Part shown: piece after piece, positions 27,752 to 35,563 of the stretch
Layout of the letters: the number at the start of each line of letters is the position of its first letter
How positions within the stretch are numbered: the stretch's first letter is position 1
NCBI GenBank assembly: GCA_964565605.1
Contig: CAZMFP010000014.1
Span: 9,700 to 73,699 of the forward strand
From: an uncultured Desulfocapsaceae bacterium
GTDB lineage: Bacteria; Desulfobacterota; Desulfobulbia; Desulfobulbales; Desulfocapsaceae
Direction of reading: 5' to 3'
DNA: 64,000 bases
Notes under the pieces: model-generated
Database searches by the model: none
What the model saw: the letters and a program-made list of their open reading frames with translations, nothing else
Told to the model about the DNA's origin: nothing
Translations under genes and position numbers: made by a program

Positions 27752-28054
27752 ATGAAACTTTCTGCCGTGCCCATTAAAAACCCGGCAGTCCTTGGGCAAA
27801 AGATTGTCGCTGATGAAATGATATTAATGAACGCCGACACAGCTGCTTCCCTGGCTCTAACAAACCAAACAGCTCTCACAGTCTGGGAGATGATTGACGG
27901 CAAACGATCAATACAAGGCATCATCAATGGATTAATTGATTACTTCCAGGACATTCCTGACACTGTTGCTGATGATGTATTGGGTCTACTGGAGTTATTA
28001 TCAAAAGATGGCTTTATTGGCTTTGAGTACAAACCGGAACATTCCAACTTATGA
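27752..28054 (+). CDS. PqqD-family (RRE) peptide chaperone, copy 1 (ScmD-like)
   Basis: A 100-aa protein. The pattern ...MNADTAASLALTNQTALTVWEMIDGKRSIQGIINGLIDYF...VADDVLGLLELLSKDGFI is typical of the PqqD/RRE winged helix. Confidence 0.65.
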   Translation: MKLSAVPIKNPAVLGQKIVADEMILMNADTAASLALTNQTALTVWEMIDGKRSIQGIINGLIDYFQDIPDTVADDVLGLLELLSKDGFIGFEYKPEHSNL

Positions 28055-28326
28055 GCAAAGAAATAGCATACCAGGTCAATCCCGTTGTTTCGTGTGGTGA
28101 AGAGGAAGATGGTGCCATTCTCTACAACCCCGACACCAATGATAGTTCGATCATCAATTTAAGCGGCTTAGAGTTATGGAAGCTCTTTAACACGCCACGG
28201 ACTGTAATAGAAGCAGCTCAACATCTCGTAGAGAATTACAGCAAGGTCACTATTCAGCAGGCTACTGAGGATGTCCAGCTATTCGTCGAGACCTTGACAC
28301 CTGATTTTCTTATTGAAACCAAATGA
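28051..28326 (+). CDS. PqqD-family (RRE) peptide chaperone, copy 2
   Basis: A 91-aa protein with ...GAILYNPDTNDSSIINLSGLELWKLFNTPRTVIEAAQHLVENY...VQLFVETLTPDFLI. An ATGA overlap links it to the upstream gene. Confidence 0.6.
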   Translation: MSKEIAYQVNPVVSCGEEEDGAILYNPDTNDSSIINLSGLELWKLFNTPRTVIEAAQHLVENYSKVTIQQATEDVQLFVETLTPDFLIETK

Positions 28327-28329
28327 ATT

Positions 28330-29466
28330 ATGGCCCAAGAGCAAATGATACCGGATCCAGTTGTACCTCCTCCGGAAGTGCCAAGTCGACCTAGAACTAT
28401 CGACATTTCACTTACAGGTCGATGTAATCTCAGATGCCAATACTGTTTTTACAATAATGAGATGATTGCCCTTGAAGACCTGTCTACTGAAGACTGGTTC
28501 TCCTTCTTCCAGGAGATTGGCTCACTTGCTGTACGCCATGTTACTCTTAGTGGTGGTGAAGTCTTTACTCGACCAGACTTTTTTGATTTAATTGACGGGG
28601 TAATCGAAAACAGAATGCGCTATTCGATTCTGACCAACGGTACCCTGATTACCGAAGAGACTCTCTTGGCTTTTGAAAAAGGCAAACGTCGACTTCGGCT
28701 CGACTCTATTCAAGTTTCCATAGATGGGTCCTGCGCAGACATCCATAACAAGAGCAGACCACCCAACAGTTTTGACAGAGCTATACAAAGCGTAAAACTA
28801 TTAAAACAAGCCAATTTTCCCGTTACGGTTCGAGTAACAATAAATCGACACAACATAAATGATCTCGATAATATTGCGGAATTACTCTTATCTCAGATAG
28901 GGTTATCCAGTTTCAGCACTAACGAAGCTGAACAGATGGGCACTGCCCGCTGCAATGGCCAAGACGTGGCCTTGACAGATGAAGAACGCATTTATGCCCG
29001 CTCTGCCCTCTCGAACCTAAACAAGCGGCATGATAATTGCATCTCTGCAGATGCGGGCCCACTTGCTTTTGAACGCCACTTAGAGGAAATAGAAAAGTCT
29101 ATGGCTGAAGGAAAAACAGCACTACCAGGACGAGGAACCTTAAGTTCATGTGGTGGTGTTTACAACAAAATGGCGGTTCTCCATGACGGAACTATGGTCC
29201 CATGCAACATGCTGCCGGCATTGACAATGGGTAAAATCGGTACAACACCTCTAAAGGAAGCATGGTTGCACCATCCATCAATTAATGTGGTTCGCCAACG
29301 TATGCTGATCCCCTTGCAATCGCTGGCCACCTGCAGCGACTGCAATTACACCGGTTTCTGCTCCGGCGGGTGCCCGGCCAATGCAATGGCAAAATTTAAC
29401 AGACTCAATGAAATTGACCCTACTTTCTGTTACCGACTTCAAAAGAGGAAAGGAGCCCATCAATGA
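28330..29466 (+). CDS. Radical SAM/SPASM peptide-modifying enzyme 1 (PqqE-like; ScmE/ScmF-type)
   Basis: The radical SAM motif is GRCNLRCQYCF. The SPASM region reads SSCGGVYNKMAVLHDGTMVPC...CSDCNYTGFCSGGCPANA. Confidence 0.85.
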   Translation: MAQEQMIPDPVVPPPEVPSRPRTIDISLTGRCNLRCQYCFYNNEMIALEDLSTEDWFSFFQEIGSLAVRHVTLSGGEVFTRPDFFDLIDGVIENRMRYSILTNGTLITEETLLAFEKGKRRLRLDSIQVSIDGSCADIHNKSRPPNSFDRAIQSVKLLKQANFPVTVRVTINRHNINDLDNIAELLLSQIGLSSFSTNEAEQMGTARCNGQDVALTDEERIYARSALSNLNKRHDNCISADAGPLAFERHLEEIEKSMAEGKTALPGRGTLSSCGGVYNKMAVLHDGTMVPCNMLPALTMGKIGTTPLKEAWLHHPSINVVRQRMLIPLQSLATCSDCNYTGFCSGGCPANAMAKFNRLNEIDPTFCYRLQKRKGAHQ

Positions 29467-30656
29467 ACGGTTGTAACTACCAGGAACCCGAGGGCAACAT
29501 TGATAAAAAGCTTGACTTGCCGGAAGGAGTTCCACCGCTCCGAGCGTTCTACCTCTACCTTTCCAACAGCTGTAACCTTGCCTGCCGTCACTGCTGGATT
29601 ACAACCTCTCTAGTCAGTGGCACACCGGACACGGAAGATGTAATTGACACAGAACTCTTAAGAGGTGCCATTAAAGAAGCCAAGCCAATGGGTTTGAGCA
29701 ATATCAAACTCACTGGCGGAGAACCTTTGCTTCACCCAAAATTTCAAGAAATTGTTGAGATGCTCACCAAAGAAGGTCTCAACCTGGATTTGGAGACCAA
29801 CGGAACTCTCATTACTGCTGAACTAGCTCATTTTCTGAAGAACAAGTCTGCTGTCAGCTTCATATCGATCTCCCTGGATGGCAGCAACCCTCAAGACCAT
29901 GACCGTTTCCGAGGCGTGAAAGGCGCTTTTCAATCAGCTCTTCATGGCCTCGACCACTTAGTCGCTGCCGGCTATGACAATATCCAGGTCATTATGTCTG
30001 TTCATCATGAAAACCAGAGGCAGATTGAAGATGTCGTCCGCCTGGCCGCTGACCATGGCGCCTCCTCTGTCAAGTTTAACCCCATAATTAAAAGCGGTCG
30101 AGGAATTGGCATGAGCCAACGAGGTGAAACCCTTGATATTCACCAGCGAATTGCCTTAAATCATTTTATATATGATGAACTTCAACCAAAGCTGACCAAA
30201 GAAGGCGTCGATATCGACTTATACATCTACAGCCCGCCAGCCCTGACACCTATTCAGGAACTCTTTACTGGTAAAAGGTGTGATTTTAACTGCGAAGTGT
30301 TAAGCATCCTTGGGATACTCGGAGGTGGGGAAATAGCCCTCTGCGGTATCGGTAGAAACATCCCCGAACTCGTTTATGGCAACCTGGAGAAGGATTCTAT
30401 TCGAAAGATCTGGTTATCCCATCCAACTATCTTACAATTACGAAAGGACCTGGACAATACTGCTGAATATCCAGGAATTTGCGGCAAGTGCTTAGCAGCG
30501 AAATTATGTCGAACCGGCTGTATTGCTCAAAATTTTCTTGAAAGCAAACAGATGATCTGGCCAAATTTTCTCTGCGAAAAAGCCGAAAAGCACAACCTCT
30601 TCCCTAAAACCAGAAAAAAACCAGCAGCACTTGCTACCAGCACGACTAGTGGCTGA
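29463..30656 (+). CDS. Radical SAM/SPASM peptide-modifying enzyme 2 (PqqE-like; ScmE/ScmF-type)
   Basis: The radical SAM motif is NSCNLACRHCW. The C-terminal auxiliary-cluster cysteines read CDFNCEV...ALCGIG...CGKCLAAKLCRTGC. An ATGA overlap links it to enzyme 1. Confidence 0.85.
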   Translation: MNGCNYQEPEGNIDKKLDLPEGVPPLRAFYLYLSNSCNLACRHCWITTSLVSGTPDTEDVIDTELLRGAIKEAKPMGLSNIKLTGGEPLLHPKFQEIVEMLTKEGLNLDLETNGTLITAELAHFLKNKSAVSFISISLDGSNPQDHDRFRGVKGAFQSALHGLDHLVAAGYDNIQVIMSVHHENQRQIEDVVRLAADHGASSVKFNPIIKSGRGIGMSQRGETLDIHQRIALNHFIYDELQPKLTKEGVDIDLYIYSPPALTPIQELFTGKRCDFNCEVLSILGILGGGEIALCGIGRNIPELVYGNLEKDSIRKIWLSHPTILQLRKDLDNTAEYPGICGKCLAAKLCRTGCIAQNFLESKQMIWPNFLCEKAEKHNLFPKTRKKPAALATSTTSG

Positions 30657-30682
30657 AAATAATTATTACACAGGAGTAAACA

Positions 30683-30886
30683 ATGAAAAAAAATGAAAAA
30701 AAGACCTCAAGCGACCCCCGACCCGCATATGTTCCTCCTCAGGTTTCTAAATTAGATGACATGCACGCCGGCGCTGGATATGGTTGTGTCCCTGGAAGCG
30801 GCGGATCATTAAACTGTTCAAACAGTGGCAGTAACGCAACTAATTGCATAGGATCAGGCAGCTCCGCAGACAACTCTATTGGGTAA
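30683..30886 (+). CDS. Candidate RiPP precursor peptide (67 aa, Gly/Ser/Asn-rich core with three Cys)
   Basis: AGGAG lies 7 nt upstream of ATG 30683. The sequence is MKKNEKKTSSDPRPAYVPPQVSKLDDMHAGAGYGCVPGSGGSLNCSNSGSNATNCIGSGSSADNSIG. It has a charged leader and a low-complexity core, and it sits between the maturases and the peptidase-fusion gene. Confidence 0.6.
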   Translation: MKKNEKKTSSDPRPAYVPPQVSKLDDMHAGAGYGCVPGSGGSLNCSNSGSNATNCIGSGSSADNSIG

Positions 30887-30901
30887 GACCTGACTCGTTA
30901 G

Positions 30902-30954
30902 CAGCTGGATCTACCAATTTCCTGTTAACAAAACATGGAAATGGTATCCAGCTG
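30902..30954 (+). other. Long hairpin immediately 3' of the precursor ORF (transcript stabiliser or partial terminator)
   Basis: cagctggatctaccaatttcc - 14-nt loop - ggaaatggtatccagctg. About 17 bp pair, with two bulges. No T-run follows. Confidence 0.5.
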
Positions 30955-30976
30955 TAAGTGATCACTGCATCTTTTC

Positions 30977-32677
30977 TTGCCATCGGCATACTCTCCTTTA
31001 CTGAATATGTTATACAGTGATCATAGATCTGCTTTCCCGCAATACATCCTGCAATTGACGGGACAGCAATGGGCTATACAGGCCGGTAACACGGAAGCTA
31101 TCAACATCGTTAACGACTTTGCAAATGCCATGTCGTTATCCCTCGTCAACCAGGCAACTGATACGAAAGTACCTGAAGAAGCAACTTGGAGCAATTTAGT
31201 CGTTTTCATAAACCCTGCCGGCAAACGACTAACCGTTAATATTCATCAGTCCAAACCTCATATCTGCGTTCTTCCTTCACCAGACGATAATGAACTCTAT
31301 GCACTAGCCATGTCACATATTGGCCTGAGCATACTTCCTGTTGAATTAGAAAGAGGCGGAGTTCTGGTACATGGCGCCTTAGCTGAAGTCCCTGCTCATT
31401 ATGGTGGCGGAGGCATTTTACTTGCTGGCCCCGGCACTGTCGGAAAGACGACTGCCAGCAATAGACTACCTCCTCCCTGGAAATCATTGAGCGATGACGC
31501 TTCCCTGATATCGCCAGGTGATGACGGTCAATACTGGGTACACCCATGGCCCACCTGGAGCCGATTCAACGACTTACCTGATGGAACTCCTGGCTCTGGC
31601 GGCATCTGGGACACTCAATACAGGCTTCCGCTTCGAGCTGTTTTTTTTCTATCACAGGCAGAAGAAGATCGAATCAGCCCCATCACCCCAACATCCGCAA
31701 CTTCTTGCCTGATGGAAACAATCCAACATGTTTCAAAGCTTCTCACCCGCCAACTTCCTCTTGTGGATGCACAGCCTATTCACGAGAAAGAGCTCCTCAA
31801 CGCCTCAGAAATTATGCGTGTCACCCCTTCCTACAGGTTTGACATCAGCCGATCCAGGCCATTCTGGAAAAAGATAGAAGAACTATTCCGCACAACCCCA
31901 CCAACCATTCCTCATCAACCAAAACGTACCATACCCCTCACATCTTCATTGACAACAAAGAGCCAATTTTCTCAAAAACCTCTTTTTCGAGACGATACAA
32001 TAATAGTCAACTATTTTGGCAATAGTATGAGCCCGACACTGAACCACCCTGATTTACTCATTGTCTCATCTTATAAAGGACAAACCCTGAATGTTGGTGA
32101 TGTTATCTATTACCAGCCACCAGCAATCGAACCTAAAACCGTACATCGGATTATCGCCTCAATACCTGAAGGATTTGTTACCCGTGGTGATGGTAATAAC
32201 GCAAACGATGCCTACATACTGAACCGAAACGATATAATCGGCATTGTTACCGCTGCCAGGAGCTACAACAAACATCGTGTTGTTGCCGGGGGCAAGAAGG
32301 GACTCTTGATTGCTTATCGCTGCAGGTTTGCCAAATGGTTACATCACCAGCTCTCCTTTCTTCTGGGCGGAACTTACCGGCGACTTGTCTCTTCGGGCTT
32401 TTTTTATAATCGACTACCAGCATGGCTAAAACCGCAAATATTCGAATTTAAACGACAATTTTTACCTCCTATTCTCAAATTGATCATCAAAGGATATGTT
32501 ATCGGCCAATTCAATCCTCAGCAGAAAAATTGGCAACTCAATCGACTCTGGAAATTGCTCATTGACACATCAACTCTTCCTATTGCAAGAGACCTATCAT
32601 TCTTTTTCATTTCGTACCAGGATCTTGATCGCCATATCCTCAACCATTCATCGCCCCCACATGTGCCATATAAATAA
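30977..32677 (+). CDS. HPr-kinase-like (ScmC-like) P-loop domain fused to an S26B (SipW/archaeal-type) signal peptidase I domain
   Basis: The N-terminal half has GVLVHGALAE...GGGGILLAGPGTVGKTTAS, an HprK C-domain-like P-loop. The C-terminal half has FGNSMSPTLNHPDLLIV (Ser nucleophile box), VHRII (His box) and TRGDGNNANDAY (GDNN box). The start is either TTG 30977 or ATG 31007. Confidence 0.7.
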   Translation: MPSAYSPLLNMLYSDHRSAFPQYILQLTGQQWAIQAGNTEAINIVNDFANAMSLSLVNQATDTKVPEEATWSNLVVFINPAGKRLTVNIHQSKPHICVLPSPDDNELYALAMSHIGLSILPVELERGGVLVHGALAEVPAHYGGGGILLAGPGTVGKTTASNRLPPPWKSLSDDASLISPGDDGQYWVHPWPTWSRFNDLPDGTPGSGGIWDTQYRLPLRAVFFLSQAEEDRISPITPTSATSCLMETIQHVSKLLTRQLPLVDAQPIHEKELLNASEIMRVTPSYRFDISRSRPFWKKIEELFRTTPPTIPHQPKRTIPLTSSLTTKSQFSQKPLFRDDTIIVNYFGNSMSPTLNHPDLLIVSSYKGQTLNVGDVIYYQPPAIEPKTVHRIIASIPEGFVTRGDGNNANDAYILNRNDIIGIVTAARSYNKHRVVAGGKKGLLIAYRCRFAKWLHHQLSFLLGGTYRRLVSSGFFYNRLPAWLKPQIFEFKRQFLPPILKLIIKGYVIGQFNPQQKNWQLNRLWKLLIDTSTLPIARDLSFFFISYQDLDRHILNHSSPPHVPYK

Positions 32678-32952
32678 CCTAGAAGCACTTTTTGAACAGC
32701 AGCATCTCTCCTCCGATGGAGATGAAATTTTTTCCGGAAAAATGAAACGCTTTTCCGGAAATTTGAAATTGCGGTGCTTCACTCCTCAATCATCAAGACC
32801 AATCTATACAATATCAACCTGTTACCAACCAACAATCAAATCTATGGTTTGGCACGCATGTTGCAAAGAAAACAGTAAATACTTATATTCACATATACAG
32901 AATACGATATTTGCTCAATAGAAATACAAAAAGTGCAGAAGAGGAGATTGTT

Positions 32953-33870
32953 ATGAAATTAAAAATCAGATTGTTTTTCTTGCTGGCTAGTATAATGCTT
33001 TTCAGCGCAACAAATGTGTTAGCAGCCAGTTTTGTCATTAATGACAGATGGGATGAGGACGGTATCTATTGGGGTGGTCAAAATTATGATTTTGGAGGCA
33101 CTGGTTATAATCTGCCCTCAGGAGAAGATCTTGTTGGCCAGCCTGATGAGTTTGAAATTTCCCAAGTAAATGTAGACATCACAAACACGGAATTAGAAAT
33201 TGATGTGCACTCCGTCTTCATGAACTATATGGCAACTCACGATACCCCCGTTGAGTTTGGAGACATATTCCTTAGCAATGATGGCTGGAATCCAAACACA
33301 GCCGGTGTAAACTATCAGTATGATGTTCAAGGTTTTGGCGGAGAAGACTGGGAATATGTTTTGGTTTTTGATGACCATTCCCCAACCACCACTACCGGGA
33401 CATTTAACCTCTATGAAGTTGATGAAAGTAGAATCATTTACCCAGAGGACATCGCTGCTCTAGATCCTAGCTCAGTGCGCCATGGCCAAGAAGTTCTCTA
33501 TGATGCAACCGGGCAGGAAGTATTAAATCAAGGCTGGTACAGGGACTCCAATGGTAATTGGCAAAATGGCATTCTCTCGGGTACATGGGAATGGTTTAAT
33601 TGGGATACTCCAGATGCCAGTGACGATTTTGTAACCTTAACCATGAATTTGAATTTTTGGGTTCGTGACAGTAATTATCGGTGGAACAATGTTACTTGGG
33701 GTAACTTAGGACTCGTTGATGACATGGGTATACACATGGCGATGACATGCGCCAATGATGTTGTTGAAGGTGGCGATGAAATTCCCGAGCCAGCGACCAT
33801 GATGCTCTTTGGAACCGGACTTGCAGGACTAGCTGGCAGCGCCATTCGCAGAAGGAAAAAAAATAAGTAA
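32953..33870 (+). CDS. PEP-CTERM sorting-domain secreted protein
   Basis: A GAGGAG RBS precedes the start. The signal peptide is MKLKIRLFFLLASIMLFSATNVLAA. The C-terminus IPEPATMMLFGTGLAGLAGSAIRRRKKNK shows the PEP motif, a TM helix and an Arg-rich tail. Confidence 0.8.
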   Translation: MKLKIRLFFLLASIMLFSATNVLAASFVINDRWDEDGIYWGGQNYDFGGTGYNLPSGEDLVGQPDEFEISQVNVDITNTELEIDVHSVFMNYMATHDTPVEFGDIFLSNDGWNPNTAGVNYQYDVQGFGGEDWEYVLVFDDHSPTTTTGTFNLYEVDESRIIYPEDIAALDPSSVRHGQEVLYDATGQEVLNQGWYRDSNGNWQNGILSGTWEWFNWDTPDASDDFVTLTMNLNFWVRDSNYRWNNVTWGNLGLVDDMGIHMAMTCANDVVEGGDEIPEPATMMLFGTGLAGLAGSAIRRRKKNK

Positions 33871-33903
33871 CAGCTACACCTAGACAACTCTCCTCACTAA
33901 TGA

Positions 33904-33943
33904 AAAAGGAGACACTGGTTTAAAACCAGTGTCTCCTTTTTTT
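33904..33943 (+). terminator. Strong intrinsic terminator
   Basis: aaggagacactgg-tttaaaa-ccagtgtctcctt is followed by tttttt. Confidence 0.85.
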
Positions 33944-34174
33944 ATGGTTATCCAATTACAATAATAGAATTATCTATCAGGATATTCAATCCACCGATTA
34001 CTGCACCATTGCCTCCTGTTATCACTCCAATAAAGAGTTCACGATCAAACCATAATCACCATAGCCTTCTGTGGTTTTCAACAGAGTTATCTTCCCTGAT
34101 ACTTCATTGTTTTAGAGCCCAATCTCATCATTTACTACCGACCGTACCGGCTTACGATGCTTCAGTAAAAAAGA

Positions 34175-34390
34175 TGTTCCCCAATGATCCTCAGCCTCAA
34201 TGACAAAAGAGCTATTGTCAGTTTAGTGGCGTGTTTCAACGACCAAGGATTAGGGCTTAAATGTATCTAGAGGTTAAGAAATATGGGAAATTTTATGTAT
34301 TATCCTTCCCAAAGATGTGATCCTTAAGCGAAAACTGGCAGCCCAATTGATAACACCTCGCATCAGGCTGAGATTTCAAAATAATTGGCA
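34175..34390. repeat. Full-length, diverged copy of the intergenic palindromic element
   Basis: The left arm is ccaatgatcctcagcctcaatgacaaaagagctattgtcagtttagtggcgtgtttcaa..caaggat. An AT-rich centre follows. The right arm is gtgatccttaagcgaaaactggcagcccaattgataacacctcgcatcaggctgagatttc. The orientation matches the 53560 copy. Confidence 0.5.
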
Positions 34391-34418
34391 AAAGATGGAA
34401 TCAGCAAAGCTGGTTATT

Positions 34419-35342
34419 TCATTGAAGCAATTGTGTGATATCAACAACATCCACAGAGGAAGTCAGCTCTTTGCCGCACCCTTTTAGCGCGAGAAGCGTT
34501 ACCTTGCTTGGATGACCTATACCTATGGCACTGCCTTGCAGCTCAGCCAATTGAACAAGTTTTTTCAATTGATTGCACACTTGTTCCTCTGTAAGGACAT
34601 TGTCTAGGAAAACGTTGCGCCTGGCTGTTTTAATCCCTACTTTGCGGGCAACAAGGTAGCCGATACTTTTTGATGTGGTGAACGAATCTATGTAGAAAAG
34701 CTCTTTTTCCTTAACCAGTCCAAGCAAAGTAGTCATCGCCTGTCGATCTTCTGTATACAGGGAACCCATATGATTGTTGACTCCGGTAGCATGAGGGACA
34801 CGGTCAAAATTTCTCTCAAACAATTCCCTTACCTTTTGTGCCCCATCGCCAATATAGAGCGCTCCAGGCCCGGGATCCCACTCCTTGCTTCTGGGCTGCA
34901 AAGGAAGATGCAGCAGTACAGCCCTGCCATCTTTATAAGAAATGCTTTCAAGCTCCTGGGTAAATGGGGCAAAAGGTAGAAATGAAAAAGACAGATTCAT
35001 TTCAAGAGACAGGAATCTGTAACCAAGCTCCCTATCGTGCCCCATATCATCAATAATGATCGCAACTTTTGGACGCCCTTTGTCCGACTCTGTCTTCTTT
35101 TTTACGATCCCAGCAACTTCTGGGGGCACAGGAGCAAAAGGCTCTTCAAAAATAATTGAGTTTTGTTTTTTAGTCTCAATCTCACCGGCAAGCACCGTGC
35201 GAAAAAAGATTACGTAACTGGCCACCAATAGAGTAAAAAGAAAAAAGCAGATGACTGCAAAGGTTGTCAGCCCTCGTTTAAAGATCCTGACATTGGGTCC
35301 TTTAGATCTCTTACGTGAAAGTTTATTTTTTTTTCCTGCCAT
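34419..35342 (-). CDS. Divergent polysaccharide deacetylase family protein (YibQ-like)
   Basis: An N-terminal TM anchor is present. The motifs VAIIIDDMGHD, GVNNHMGS and IGIGHP are typical of the YibQ/DUF610 family. Confidence 0.7.
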   Translation of the reverse strand: MAGKKNKLSRKRSKGPNVRIFKRGLTTFAVICFFLFTLLVASYVIFFRTVLAGEIETKKQNSIIFEEPFAPVPPEVAGIVKKKTESDKGRPKVAIIIDDMGHDRELGYRFLSLEMNLSFSFLPFAPFTQELESISYKDGRAVLLHLPLQPRSKEWDPGPGALYIGDGAQKVRELFERNFDRVPHATGVNNHMGSLYTEDRQAMTTLLGLVKEKELFYIDSFTTSKSIGYLVARKVGIKTARRNVFLDNVLTEEQVCNQLKKLVQLAELQGSAIGIGHPSKVTLLALKGCGKELTSSVDVVDITQLLQ

Positions 35343-35563
35343 TTATCTGCCCTTTCTCAACACTCCAAACCCTCAACAGAATTCATCGGTATCGTATCTG
35401 GAATCTTGATACAATCCGGAAAAAATGTCCTCGTTGTTTTTCGTAAATAGTGACCCATCCTTTTGAACATTGAAAGGCTTGATAGAGAATTTCTTATAAC
35501 AGCTCTTGGATTCAGACCATTGCCAAGAAACTTCCAAAGGGATGAGATGCAGGTAAGGAGAAA

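Noticed and set aside
32496-32921. A 141-aa ORF spanning the end of the ScmC-like fusion gene and the following intergenic region
   Set aside because: It overlaps the better-supported frame. It has no RBS and its composition is low-complexity and out-of-frame-like.
34009-34203. A 64-aa ORF upstream of the repeat copy at 34175
   Set aside because: It runs into the MITE-like element, has no RBS, and lies in a non-conserved-looking region.
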